DNA from: Octopus sinensis
Lineage: Eukaryota
Direction of reading: 5' to 3'
DNA: 64,000 nucleotides
NCBI RefSeq assembly: GCF_006345805.1
Contig: NC_043020.1
Span: 17,980,001-18,044,000 of the forward strand
The notes beneath the pieces are model-generated. The model was not told where the DNA came from and did no database searches. It saw only the letters and a program-made list of their open reading frames with translations. Positions 1-13,380 of the stretch are shown here, piece by piece. Both the position numbers and the translations under genes were made by a program. The stretch's first letter is position 1; every line of letters begins with the position of its first letter.

Positions 1-6
1 TCTCAG

Positions 7-181
7 GTTATTACTGAGTTCAACAAAGTCACAAATTGTTTTGAGATTCTTACCTTGGACAGCTATAGAAAATATGACCAAGTTTTCATCAAATATGGAC
101 CACATAATAATTCAGAGCTGCTTGTGGAATATGGTTTCATCATTCCTGATAATCCTCATAATTTTTATGAATTTTCTTTCG
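7..181 (+). CDS. SETD4: SETD4-like methyltransferase, internal exon (end of SET domain)
   Basis: cag|GTT...TTCG|gttagt. Translates VITEFNKVTNCFEILTLDSYRKYDQVFIKYGPHNNSELLVEYGFIIPDNPH, matching the SETD4 pattern ..EVFICYGPHDNQRLFLEYGFV..HNPH. Not shown in the ORF track. Confidence 0.88.
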
Positions 182-959
182 GTTAGTATTATATTCTTTA
201 ATTCTTTCAGTAGTTTCAGTCACTGGACTGTCAACATTCTGAGGCGGCACTTTTTGGGGTCTTAGCCTATCATATCTATTAACCCCAGTACTTATTCCAG
301 TCTGGTACTTGGTTTTATTTATTTCTTTATTTGATATCCTAAAACCAAGATGCCATGTAAAAAGCATTGGTGTGGGTGTTGGTGCCATGTAAAAAGTACC
401 CAGTACTCTCTGTGGAGTGGCTGGCATTAGGAAGGGCATCCAGCTGTAGAAAGCAAGCCAAAACAGACTGTGGTACCTGGTGTGGCCCCTGGCCTCGCCA
501 GTTCCTGTCAAACCATCCAGCTCGTGCTAGTATGGGAAATGGACATTAAATAATGATGATGATGATTTGCCAAACCACAAAGTTACAAGACATAAAAGGT
601 CACTTAATAAACACAACACTGGTTAACAAGGTAAACATAAACACAGAATCACACACGCACACACATGCAAGCTTCAGTTCAGTTTCCATTTACTAAATTG
701 TACTCATATTGGTGTGGGTGCTGTGCCACACAAAAAAGCACTGGTACTGGTACCATGTAAAAAGCACCCAGTACACTCTGTAAAGTGGTTGGCATTAGGA
801 AGGGCATCCAACTGTAGAAACAGACTATTGAACCTGGTGCAGCTCCTGGTCTTGTCAATTCTGGTCAAGCCATCCAACCCATGCCAGCATGGTAAAACAG
901 ATGTTAAATGATGGTGATGATGATGATGATTTGCCAAACCACAAAGTCTTCCAAAGCGA

Positions 960-1560
960 AGGTGTCCAGGACCCTTGTCACAGCCTCCTTCATCTTCAAA
1001 ACAATTGCCCCTGAGGTTCTCCTTCAGCTTGGGGAACAACTAAAAGTCACAGGGAGCAAGATCTGGACTGCAGGGAGGCTAAGGGACAGTTTTGATGCCC
1101 ATGTCTGTTAAGTAGTTGGTTGCCAGGATACTCGTCACTGAGCAGCCTGGGAACAAACTTTGCACTAATTTTGCACATGTTCAGATCTTCATGAATAATT
1201 CTATGTACAGTTGCCATACCAATTCCAAACTGCGTGCTTATTGTCTTTATAGACACACAATGGTCATTCTCCTGAAAATTGTAAATTTTTGTCAACCAGC
1301 TTTCATGTTCTGATGTCCCTCTCCCCCCACCTCTCAGTGACCCTCACCTTCTCTCTGACATCCTTGAAATTCTTGTGCCAGTGAAAAAGTCAATCCATAA
1401 TCTCTCTGTAGTGTTTTCACCCAGTTTAACTCAAAAGCTTTATTGCATAGTGAGCTTCAAAATTGTCTTCATGTCTCAGCTGCATCTTGCAAAGTAGTCA
1501 GCTGTGAAAGCAATGTGTAGTAAGGTGTGTTCAAAGTGCTGTTACAGCTGTCTCCTTCAA
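960..1560 (-). mobile_element. decayed mariner transposase remnant in a SETD4 intron
   Basis: ISTQFGIGMATVHRIIHEDLNMCKISAKFVPRLL (HTH/WVPR-like) and PPCSPDLAPCDF*LFPKLKENLRG (YSPDL motif); contains stops and deletions. Confidence 0.85.
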
Positions 1561-1728
1561 TTTGGAATACCAAAGACCAGAATTATTAGATGTATAGTAA
1601 TGATGTACTAAAGTTACAACAGTCTAGGGTAATTATAACTGCTTCTCCTAAAACAGTCTCAAAACTTCTGGAATGCACTTGTATTTTCAACTGTTTTGCA
1701 CTAACATTTAACATTTCCTTCTTTCTAG

Positions 1729-1813
1729 ACACCATCAGAGACTTTTCAACCTGCCTCGATATTGCTTGCTTTCGGCAAAAGGAAGAAATACTTGAGAAAT
1801 ATAACCTGAAAAA
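1729..1813 (+). CDS. SETD4: SETD4-like exon
   Basis: ctag|AC...AA|gtaagt, phase 1 to phase 2; DTIRDFSTCLDIACFRQKEEILEKYNLK. Confidence 0.8.
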
Positions 1814-2254
1814 GTAAGTTGTCCTAATTATTTCTATATAAAGGATTGATCGCTCTCTCCTCCCTCCTTGGTCTCCATCGGTTGTCCTAGCACCAGCTTC
1901 TGTTCCTTGGACGTCTTAGCAGAGTTTACTTTATGGCAGTCATTCTGAACACATACCATTAGTTTGCTCGTTGCAGATGTTGTTGGCTGTTTAGCCATTG
2001 TTCAAACATGATCAAGCTTGCCTATGATCAGCGGTGTTTCAACTAGAACCATCCTGAAGTGTATCTAGTCCCTTAGCATTCAAACTGCTCTGTCAAATGT
2101 CATGCTTGTTTCATTATGTTTTGAATTAATCATGCAATATCTTGTAGCTGAGAGATTTCAATGATGTTTTTGTTTACTTTTAGAACGACATTGTAGAGTA
2201 ATAGTGAGAGGTTGGATTTGGCCAGTTTGAATATGCTTGCTTCATGGTTTTACT

Positions 2255-2480
2255 TGATGAAGCTGGGGGCTTCCCAGGTTAGTGGTCCCAGAGACGTTAT
2301 CAGGTGTAGAACCAACCATGTCCACTAGTGCTCTCCATTCCTGGTGGCCCTGTGCCAGCCTCTCTGTATTCTCCAAGGTGATGTCAAGCCTGTGGAGATC
2401 TTCCCCAACCATGTCCAGCTAGGGCTTTACTTTCATTCAGTGCTGCAGCTGTGGGCTGAAAGAGACCTTGTGGTAGGCCC
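2255..2480 (-). mobile_element. RTE-like LINE 3' fragment inserted in a MITE
   Basis: EDLHRLDITLENTERLAQGHQEWRALVD resembles the RTE ORF C-terminus (LAQDR..WR.LV). Confidence 0.5.
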
Positions 2481-3054
2481 CACACCAGTTTGAACATAAA
2501 ACAGGTAAAATATTTTGGCTGAATATGGCAGGTTTAAATGCTAAAGCGCTAAGGGTACATCATCCAATGTGTCCTTTTTTTTATTTTGAAGACAGTAAAA
2601 GATGATCCCTGATTGAAAGAATCCTATAGTCAAAGATATTCCAGCTGTGACCATTTTATGTTTTTATATATTGGGAACTAGACTAAATAGTTTAGTGTGT
2701 CTTTTCTTCCTCATAAGATAGTTGTGAGCTCTGATTAGACACTATCAAAACTTTTGGTACTTTAAGGCGTTCTATCCATGACCATCCTGTCATTTGGTAT
2801 CTTACCTTTTTTTTTAAGCTGGATGGCTGTGGTTTGAAAGGTATTTGGCTGCTTTTTCTGGTACGTAGAGCAACCATATGAAGACTCCCTTGCCCACATT
2901 CAGGCTCATCATCAATTTTGTTAACCTCACCAGTCTATGAAAGAATGATTTGCAAAAATCATAGACCTTCCCTTTGTTTTCCACCCCTGTCTAACTTAAA
3001 AGGACTTGTTAAGTAATTTCATAAATTATTGCCCCTTTTTTTTCCTTCTTCCAG

Positions 3055-3138
3055 GCAATTACACTATCTTGGAGATGCAGGAATTTCCTGGAACCTACAG
3101 TCGGTCTTACACATTCTTAATATGTCTTGGCAAGAACT
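3055..3138 (+). CDS. SETD4: SETD4-like exon
   Basis: ccag|G...CT|gtaagt; QLHYLGDAGISWNLQSVLHILNMSWQE, similar to SETD4 LTFGWDGPSWRLLTALKLL. Confidence 0.82.
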
Positions 3139-3418
3139 GTAAGTCTATATAAATGCATAAAAGTTGTACTAATTTTAATGTGATATTCTCATTCTGAGTT
3201 ACGAGACTGAAATATTTGACTGAGTTTTATTCTCAAGTTTTCAAGTGAAAACAAACAGAAGTTTCTTTTCTCTTATTTATTGCTGAATCCATGCTAGAGC
3301 ACCACCATGAAGAGTTTAGTTCAAATGCTGCCAGATGCCCCTTCTGAAGCCAACCCTTTTATGCACTCCTTGTGACATGAAGTGATATTTTCTAAAATAT
3401 CTCTTCTCACATTTTCAG

Positions 3419-3548
3419 GAATTGCTGGGAGTCCTGTTTGTCTAAGAAAGAATGGCCACCTGAGGTTTTGGAGTTTACCATAAATCTTGTCAAGTTTATC
3501 ATGGACAAACATTCATCAGAACTGCAACTGTTGGAACCAAGGACACAG
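3419..3548 (+). CDS. SETD4: SETD4-like exon
   Basis: ttcag|G...CAG|gtcagt; NCWESCLSKKEWPPEVLEFTINLVKFIMDKHSSELQLLEPRTQ; phases fit both neighbours. Confidence 0.78.
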
Positions 3549-5617
3549 GTCAGTGGATCACATTTTGAATTGCATTAGTGAAGCCACAGCTTAGTTTATT
3601 CTCTGTTCTACTTTTATTGTTATTTTAATTACACTGGACAACGAAATTTTAATTTTCTTTTTTCTTTGGTCAGTAAGTGTTATATCCTATTTGCTCCTAC
3701 CTAGAAATCAAAGGAAATCACTACTATTCCATTCTAACTTTGCTTTGGTGACTTGGACATCAATGTTTTGAAACTGACCTGTTTTTCTACTACACTTGAG
3801 ACAGATTTAGCACTGAGTTGCTGAAGCAGAAATATCATTTAAGTGAATACTCTGCTCAGTACCACAGTATTGCTTGTCAGTTGCTTGACCATAATCACTT
3901 GAGCATGTCCTTCAGTGGCTGACAATATGTGCATCTCTGACCATGAGCAGCAGTAGTGAGGGAGCATCATAGCCTTGTGTTGAGAGGGATTCTTTAGGGT
4001 TTGAATAACTATTGTAACGAAAGCAAAGTCTGGACAAAAATCATGTTACACAATATAATCATTTAATAATTTTTTCTACTACATTGGGGTGAGGGGTTTA
4101 AAGGTGTATAGCTTAGTGATTAAAGCATAGCTTCCCAAAGAGGGCAATTTCAACTTACAGGTGGGCGATGGGCGAATTTCTAGAAAACAATGGGCAATTT
4201 GAGATTTTGGTGGGTGATATGAACATTTTGTGGGTGACAATGAATTTTAGAGATTAAGTCTTCATTTACCTATATCTAGACATGCCTAGAATAAGAATGC
4301 TCTTTTATTGATTTGACTACTCACATGAGACGTCCCTTTGTATTAAAAAACGGACTTGTTTATTGATCAAATATTTTTGTCACAATCATTGAGATAGTTG
4401 TTATGTGTGCTAAAAATAGCAGCCAAATAGGCCTAAGCCTTAAATCACACTCCACCACAATTTTTTTTTTTGGTATAATCATATGAAGTCCTGCATATAG
4501 AATTCAAATTCACAAAAATTTTCTGAAAATTCCAAGAAATAAAAAAAGTTATGAGTGGTTATATGTTGTGCATAATTCTGTGGTTTCATATCAAAACACA
4601 AGTGCTATTTTCAGGATGTTGACAAAATGTGCAGTCACACACAAAATGACAGCTTCGAAATCGTGTTTCTTGATTGGGTGAAAATGATCAAACTTTAAAC
4701 CTCTATAACTTTTTAAAAACATTTTTCTAGAAAAAGTTGAATAACTCCAACAATTTAACTTGGAAAGGTACATTATTGTCAAATTTAAAAAATTTCTATT
4801 CGTAGCAGGTGAAGTGATTCTTTAAAAGATCCCTTGTTAGATCCTCTTAGCAAGTTGTTAACATTAATCCATTAGCATTCATGTCTACGATTTCAGTGTC
4901 ATGTAGACAGCACCTGTGAAATCGTAGTTATTGGTGTCACATGAATGGCACCCATGCTGGTGGCATGTAAAAAGCACTCATTATACTATCAGTGGTTCTT
5001 ATTTCTTAGTTGCCCACAAGGGGCTAAACATAGAGGGGACAAACAAGGACAGACAAAGGTATTAAGTCAATTACATCAACCCCAGTGTGTAACTGGTACT
5101 TAATTTATTGACCCTGAAAGGATGAAAGGCAAAATCAACCTCGGCGGAATTTGAACTCAGAATGTAACAGCAGACGAAATACTGCTAAGCATTTCACCCG
5201 GCATGCTAACGATTCTGCCAGCTCCCTTCTCAGTGGTTGGCATTAGGAAGGGCATCCAGCTGTAGAAACCAAGCCAAACCAGGCTGGAACCTGGTGCAGC
5301 TCTCTGGCTTACCAGTTCCAGTCAAACTGTCGAACGTATACCAGCATGGAAGGCAGACGTTAAATGATGATGATTATTACTCTGACAAATGTAATACCTA
5401 TTTATTCACGTTATTTTCAATTAACTCTACATTATCTCACACCTTTGCGATTTCAATGACGTGATTGTTTTATTTTTAGAATGACTATATAAGGTAGGTG
5501 TGAGAGGCCAAATCTGGTCAGTTTGAACATAATGTATAAGGTAGAATGTTTGCGTTGGATATGACTGGTTTAAATGTGAAAGGGTTAATGACCAATTTTT
5601 CTGTTTCCTTTTTGCAG

Positions 5618-5722
5618 AAGCTAAAATATGGGGAACAAGTGAGAAGACTCTGGCAAGAAGAAGTGAACATTCTGAACGAAATGATGAAGGAGTTGAACTC
5701 TGAAAAGGCTTTAAATCTGTGA
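5618..5722 (+). CDS. SETD4: SETD4-like terminal coding exon
   Basis: ttgcag|AAG...TGA; KLKYGEQVRRLWQEEVNILNEMMKELNSEKALNL*, compare SETD4 LWTEELKIL. Confidence 0.8.
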   Translation, partial: KLKYGEQVRRLWQEEVNILNEMMKELNSEKALNL

Positions 5723-6544
5723 CTTGAAGCAATCTTTTGAAAATTCTTGGACATCCAACATTTCTTGTGCCAGAGGTTAGTTTACAAATCGATAATTTCT
5801 CAACATTGTTGGTTTTCACTTAATTTCATTCTTACTTTCGGAGACACAATTCATTAATTATTCCTCCCGACCATGCTTTTTCTGACATTAGAACTTGAAG
5901 ACTGAAAAAAGTTTTTTTCTCCTTTATTTCAACCAGGTGTGTGTATGTGGTGGTGGGTGATATGTTTGCTTCTCAACAACATGGTCCTGGATTCAGTCCT
6001 ACTGAATGGCACCTTCGGTCAGTGTCTTCTAGAGCCCCAGGCTGACCAAAGCCTAGTGAGTGAATTTGGTAGATGGAAACTGAAAGAAGCCTGTTGTATA
6101 TGTGTGTGTCTGTATATATATATATGTGCGTGTGTGTGTGTGTGTCTTTGTTTGTCCTCCAACATTGTTTGACAACCAATGTTGGTTTGTTTATGTCCCC
6201 ATAATAGTAATAGTGGAGGTGTGTAGCTTAGTGGTTAGGATGTTGGGCTCATGATTGTAAGATTGTGGTTTCAATTCCTGATCTGGGCAATGCATTGTGT
6301 TCTTGAGCAAGACACTTATCTCACATTGCTCCACTTCACTCAGCTGGCAAAGATGAGTTATCCTATGATGGGCTGGTGCCTTGTCCAGGTGGGAAATTTA
6401 TACACCATGGAAACCAGCCCTTATACTGACTCATAAGTGCTGGTTTCTTTACCTTTACTGTAACTTAGCAGTTTAGTAAAAGAGACTAATAAGTACCAGG
6501 CTTTAAAAAAAAAAAGTGGGGACTCGGGTTGATTTGTTTGACAA

Positions 6545-6663
6545 GTCTACAGCCATATCACTTTGGAAACACCTGTTCTCGTCTGATCACTGAAGTTAAG
6601 CAATGTCGAGCCTAGTTAGTACTTAGATGGGTGACCATTTGAGAAATCTAGGTGCTGTAAACA
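6545..6663 (+). pseudogene. 5S rRNA: solitary decayed 5S rRNA copy
   Basis: GTCTACAGCCATATCAC...GAAGTTAAGCAA...GTTAGTACTTAGATGGGTGACC...GGTGCTGTAAAC is full-length and colinear with metazoan 5S; differences are mostly C>T and G>A. Confidence 0.88.
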
Positions 6664-6677
6664 TCTTTCTATAAATA

Positions 6678-6840
6678 GGTGCAGGAGTGGCTGTGTGGTA
6701 AGTAGCTAGCTTACCAACCACATGGTCATGGGTTCAGTCCCACTGCGTGGCAACTTGGGCAAGTGTCTTCTACTATAGCCTCGGGCTGACCAATGCCTTG
6801 TGAGTGGATTTGGTAGACGGAAGCTGAAAGAAGCCCATCG

Positions 6841-6870
<30 letters not shown>
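6678..6870 (+). mobile_element. 5' half of a tRNA-derived SINE interrupted by the PLE cluster
   Basis: Same head and body as intact copies at 26307 and 59971; stops in (TA)n and resumes at 18817. Confidence 0.85.
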
Positions 6871-6872
<2 letters not shown>

Positions 6873-7208
6873 GGTCCCGGGTTGAGTCGGGGTTAACCAC
6901 AGTAAATAAGGTACTCAATACATAGCAGAGTAAATTAATTTATTTTATAGAAGGAGCTTCTACAGGACTAGAACTGTTTCATTCAAAAGAAATCATCAGG
7001 AAGCTAGGTGACAATAATAGTTTTGGCATTTATACATTTAGGCAGGTTTAAAGGGGTGGTGGTGGGGGACTTTTTGGGGTAGGCATGGCGCAAACTATCA
7101 TTCTTAGGGGAGTGGTCAAAGGAATCAGTGATAAAGTAGATAAAAGAATAAATAGAATAATAGAGTTTAGGTAAATAAGGAGACTCTCACTTATACATAT
7201 ATATATAT

Positions 7209-7247
<39 letters not shown>

Positions 7248-7503
7248 CATACATACACACACACATATATATATATATACGTACATATATATACATATAT
7301 ATATATACATATATACATACATCCATATACACATGTACATATGCACCCATTTACATACATCTACGTACACACCCATACCCATACTCACACACATATATCT
7401 ACACACATAAAAATAAATAAATATAAAAACAAATATAAAAGAGGATATACACCCCCATACACACACGCTCACATATCTATATATATACACACATTCATAC
7501 ACA

Positions 7504-7546
<43 letters not shown>

Positions 7547-7690
7547 GCATATACGTGCACACACATTTCTTCCCTTATTTTAATTTTATTTTTATATTTA
7601 TTTTTATTTTTATTTTTATTTTGACCTCCACCAACCAGGCCGGCACTGAAGTAGGGTCCTCCCAAGGGATCTAGCCTAGCTGGCCGAAAG
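6871..7690 (-). mobile_element. inverted Penelope pLTR-like repeat (left arm)
   Basis: 6940-7690 is the reverse complement of 18105-18816 with few differences; the left arm has a ~70-nt extension. Confidence 0.85.
6955..7005 (-). ncRNA. type I hammerhead ribozyme motif
   Basis: AGCTTC-CTGATGA-TTTCTTTTGAAT-GAAA-CAG-TTCTAGTC-CTG-TA-GAAGCT. Confidence 0.75.
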
Positions 7691-8110
7691 CAATTGCAAC
7701 TGCCCTGATAAAACCACTTGCCCCCTCAACAACAACTGCCTACAGAAGGACCTCGTCTACACATGCGAGGTACGATCAGGCCCCGATGATAAAAGAAAAT
7801 CGTACATCGGAATGACGTCAAACAGCTTTAAGACTCGTTGGTACGCCCACACACATTCGTTCCGGTGACCTGACAAATCTAACCAAACTACTCTCGCCGC
7901 CCACATCTGGTACCTTAAAAGGAACTCCATCCCCTTCAAGTGGAGACTACTACAGAGGGCGCGTTCGTACACAGGAGCCCATACCTGCTGTGACCTTTGC
8001 ATTTCTGAGAGCCTGGAGATCTTGTTCGCCAAAAGCCCTCTCCTCAACAAGATCTCGGAACACTCCCCAAATTGTATGCACAAAATTTATGCAAACTACA
8101 AAAACTACAG
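7689..8110 (+). mobile_element. PLE GIY-YIG endonuclease fragment (5'-truncated, third family)
   Basis: CNCPDKTTCPLNNNCLQKDLVYTCEV...YIGMTSNSFKTRWYAHTHSFR*...LAAHIWYLK...CDLCISE...LLNK..E...CMH. Confidence 0.85.
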
Positions 8111-8876
8111 ACCCACCCGGCAACCCGATTGACGACACCCCATCCACAAACACCCCCACCCCCACCGTTCCCTCAGCACCCCCAATTACCTTCTCTCCTA
8201 AGACTATTCACATATTGTATATGTACACATGTATAGATATGTATGGGTGTAGGTATGAATATACATATGTATGTGTGTGCGTGTATTTACATGCGTGTAT
8301 ATATATGTATATATATGTGTATATATATGTATGTGGATATATATATATACGCTTGTGTGTTTATGTATATGTAGGTATGTAGATGTATGTGTATGTATGT
8401 AGGTATATATACATATGTGTAAATAGGTATACATGTGTATGTTTATATGTATGTATCCGTCTGTATGATGGGTAATTGCACGTATATATATTTATTTATT
8501 ATTTGAGTATGCATGTATGTATATATGTATATGTTTATATGCATGTATGTATTTATGTATATATATAGATGTGTGTGTGTATGTGTATACATATGTATAC
8601 ATGCATACAAACATATACATATATACATACATGCATACTCAAATAATAAATAAATATATATACGTGCAATTACCCATCATACAGACGGATACATACATAT
8701 AAACATATACATGTATACCTATTTACACATATGTATATATACCTACATACATACACATACATCTACATACCTACATATACATAAACACACAAGCGTATAT
8801 ATATATATATATATCCACATACATATATATACACATATATATACATATATATACATGCATGTAAATACACGCACAC

Positions 8877-11316
8877 CACTCCGACAAAACTTACACGACG
8901 ACCCTCATCCACCGGACCACAGACTTTATTAGAAGAATTAGGTGGGCGGCCTACCATTTCGATAACCCGGGGAAAAGCAACCCCAACTCTAACCAAGAAG
9001 AAATAGCACACAGGAAAATATTTAAAAGCAGAAGAAACCCACCCTCTAACTATGCACTGGAAAATTTTGAAAAAGCCTTAATCGACCTCATTACCAACAT
9101 CAACATTAGTAAGCATAAGACCATTTCCAACACCCACTTAAGGAGCCTTAAAGATTTCCTGCATTCACTTAGGAACGATGATAGTCTTATCATACCCGCC
9201 GACAAGACTGGGAACTGGTATAGGTTGGACTACCAAACCTACAAATCGCTCATCATGAGGGAACTTAGCAAAAGATATAAAACTACTTCTACGGATAACC
9301 TTAAGGAAATTAACTACTAAATCAAGGAAGTTATGACCAAATTAGACCTCCTGGACAGAACGGAACCGATCAAACCACAGGTACCCAAAATTACTAGTAA
9401 GGACCATAAGAAAGACTTCCCGGATAATGTAGGAGTACGATTAATCTGTCCGACTAAATCGGATATCGGCAGACTTAGTAAGACTATCCTGGACATGGTG
9501 ATCCCACGCATCAAACCCCACATCCCACTCCAACTATGGATTGACACCGACGATGTGCTAGAATGGTTTAACACAATCACCAACAGACCCAACTACTCAT
9601 TCATCCAGTTCGACATAGCTAACTACTACGCCAGTATATCCCCCATCTTACTTAACAAATCCCTTATATATGCCCGCAGCCTTTCGCTCATAGACAGAGA
9701 AAAAATTGACATAATACTATTAGCTAGAAAAACCATAATAGAATTCGACGGTAGGCTTTGGACCAGATCCGATACCCCCGAAAATTTTGATGTGGCTATG
9801 GGCTCGAGCGATTCAGCTCAGGTGACTGACTTGGTCAGGGCCTACCTGCTCAAGAAGCTTTTCTCCGAGGTACTGGATCTTCAGGGGGGTCTATACAGGG
9901 ATGACGCTCTCTTCATATACCCCACCAACAATAGGAGTAAACTAGAAAGAATTAGGAAAAAGATCAGGCTTTTTTTCAAATCCTTCAATCTTAAACTAGA
10001 ATTTATGACCAATACTAAAATAGTAAACTTCTTAGATGTTACGTTAGACTTGAATAAGCACCTTCACCACCCGTATAGGAAACCCGAAGAAACAACCAAA
10101 TACATCCACACCTCTTCCAACCATCCACCCTGTATAATTAGCACCATGGTCCAAGCCATCTCAGACAGACTTACAAAACTATCCTCTAACAGAGAAATTT
10201 TCAATAATCACGCACAACACTACAACCAGGCTCTCTATAGTGCAGGGTATAACCAGAGAATATCATATGTAGACCACCCAGGAACGTCCGTCGGCCGTAA
10301 AACTCCCAATTATAATCGAACTCCGCACTCAACTCATGCTAACAATAATTCTAATTTAAATTCTAAACAACGTATAGGAAATAGGCGAACTAATAGAATA
10401 GCACACAATAGTAACCCTCCCGACGAGAGCAATATAGATCCTATTAGGAGAAATAGAAGCGATAATAGTAGATTACGCAAATATATATGGTTCAACATAC
10501 CATACAACTTAGCAGTTAGGGGTAAATTATGTAAGAGAATATTCTCTATCATTTCCAACAACTTCCCACCCACCCATAAGTATAGAAGTATCTTCTCCAA
10601 CAAACCATTAGGATTCCTACTCTACCCTGCCCAACATGAGCTGCCTCATAGCTAAACATAACTATATTAATATTAGAACAGCTAGATCAAGAGCAAGCTA
10701 TAGCGACCAACAGAACCCCCCTCATCCAGATAGTAGACAATATAATCAGACTGGCAGCCATATTACCCAAACAGTTAGTAATAACACCCGCCAACACAAC
10801 AGAGGCAATACCACACCCATCAACAACCAGGAGGATATCAACGCCCCCACACGTAATGCAACACCTCCGCCTGGGATTAACAGCACGCGACCAAGTAATA
10901 CAATGCACTGCAACTGCATATGTGCATCCGAGTGTAGGGCGAAAAACGTAATATATTCATGTGAGGTGAGTACCCAGTTTAACACACTCACCTACATAGG
11001 TTGCTCAACCTCCTGGAAATCCAGATACTACAACCACCGGTCCTCGCTGAAACACAGGCATAAAGCTAACAGCACCTCTCTTTCTAAAAAAATTTGGGAA
11101 TTAAAGACAATGCATAGGTTTCAAACTCAGGTGGTCCATCATCGGATCAGCTGCACCTTATTTAAATAATAGAGCAGGATGCCAACTATGTTGTGTGTAG
11201 AACTCCTGAATATCTTGAAATTCAAAGACAAACACAATCTTATTAACAAAAGGTCAGAGTTCAAACCATCCTGTATTCACAAACTTATTAATACTTTCAA
11301 ATACTACAAAGCTTAG
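8877..11316 (+). mobile_element. Penelope-like element 1, RT plus GIY-YIG ORF (degenerate; Naiad-like motifs)
   Basis: Motifs ADKTGN, RLICPTKSDIG, FDIANYYASI, FDVAMGS, LYRDD, SSNHPP, WFNIPY, CNC..C..VIYSC..YIG. Stop at 9318-9320 and frameshifts near 10610 and 11100. Confidence 0.92.
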
Positions 11317-13380
11317 GCTATTATACCAACTCCCCATGCAATTCCTCCCACCCGGTGCAACCTGTCGGCTCCAGCGCATCCCGCTTTCCTATATGTGCGT
11401 GTATATGTGTATTATATATATGTATATACATATATGTGTATGTATATGTGTATATATATATGTGTGTGTGTATGTGCATATATATTTCCCTGCATCTTCC
11501 TCCATATACACATTTTGTCTCCCATATGTTTTTTTCCCTATATATTTCTTCTCCTACACCTACATTCTTCCTATCTAGACTCTTTATTTCCCTATATCTA
11601 TACCTTTTCACATTTCTAACTCGGATGTTGAGCGCACACCGCCAAACTCCACTTCCCACCCTTCCAATTTTCAGTTCTCCCCGCCCGCCCCTACGTGGTC
11701 ACCTTTAGCACACACCTTTAACTTTACACTTTCAACCACCTTTTATTTTTTCCTTCATCTCATGTTAAGCTTTACCCGATTATATTTTTATTTTACTTTA
11801 TCCTATTCTATTTCGCTTTACCTTTATTCTTATTTTTATTTTCATTCCTTATTTTAATTCTTATAGTTCTTATAATTTTTATATTTTATTTCTAACTTTT
11901 ATATTGTATTTCTTACTTTTATTTCTAATTTTTATTCTTACCCTCATTCTTACCCCTAACTTATCGCTTTATATCTCTATATATGTCTATTTTTTTGCTT
12001 ATCCCTTATTTACTGATCTATGGATCCGCTTTATGATTATACGTGCGTCCGTGTACGTATGTATACGTATACATATGTGTACATATGTACGAGTAAACAT
12101 CTACATCTGGATGTGCATACCCTGTTACTCTTCCTTAATAATTTTCTTTAATAATTTTTAAAAAATTTCTTACATGTTTTTTTCACATGTTTTCGCAGAT
12201 TTCTTATATGCATATGTTTACACATATTTGTATACATCTTTTAATATCTTATAGCTATACCTATACGCGCGTATGTCTCTGTGTGTGTGTATGTAAGTGT
12301 ATATGGACACACAGCCGTGTGTGCGCGTACGTGTAGACGTGAGTGCGTGATTCTTTACATGCGTTCTTATATACATCTTTTAATATCTTATATCTAAACC
12401 TGTATGTGTGGGCATCTGTGTATGTGTATGTAAGGATGGACGTACGTATGTATATATGGGTGTGTGTATATGCGTATGTATGTATAGGTATACATGCGCA
12501 TATATGTATGCATGTGTGTATGTGTATATGTGTATGTGCGTGTGTGTGTATATATGTATATATATATATGTACACGTATAATGTCCGTGTATATATATAT
12601 GCATATTCCGTTGTATGTATGTATATATGCGCATGTGTGTGGGTGTATATGTGTTTCTGTATATGTTTACACGTGAGTACGTATGTATGCTTATATGCTT
12701 GGAGCTGTGTATGTGCGCGTGTATATGGGTGTATGTATCCATGCTGGTATGTATGTACAAGATGACCACTTAATTCAAGGAACTAGATTAGCTGCTCAAC
12801 AGCTCTGATTTACAATACACTAGGTCCCCAGATGCCCCTGTTGATTTATTGACACCCAAAACTTCTACAACTAAATTTTGTCATTTTCTTGACCACCATG
12901 TTTGGTCTGTAACCACTATACATCCCTTATCCTTATATTTTTTACATTTTTTATCATTTTTATTCCTATTTTTATTTTTATTTCTATTTTTACTTTTATT
13001 TCTATTTCTATTTTTACTTTATAACTTTATATTTTTTATATTCTTTATATCCCCTTTATATCTTTATACTCTACATTTTTATATTTTTCTATACTTACAC
13101 TTTTTATATATTTTTTATCCTTCGTCCTGAATTCTCGCCCCTCCATCTTTACCCCTATTTACTCTTATTACCAGGTCCCTTCACGTCTATATATGTATTT
13201 ATTTATTAAATTATTTACATTACTTCAACATCCAAATTTCCTCATTCTACATTGAGAGAGAAAGAGATGGACGCTTCAATTCTATGCTGTTGCCGCATTA
13301 TGTCGTACGCGAATGAGAGGATTTGCATCCCCAACCAAGAATTTTTGATGTAACACATGTCCTTGTGGAAGTTGTTGTGC

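Noticed and set aside
7866-7868. In-frame TGA in the GIY-YIG fragment as possible selenocysteine
   Set aside because: It falls at a non-Cys position (HSFR*PD), no SECIS was recognised, and simple decay explains it.
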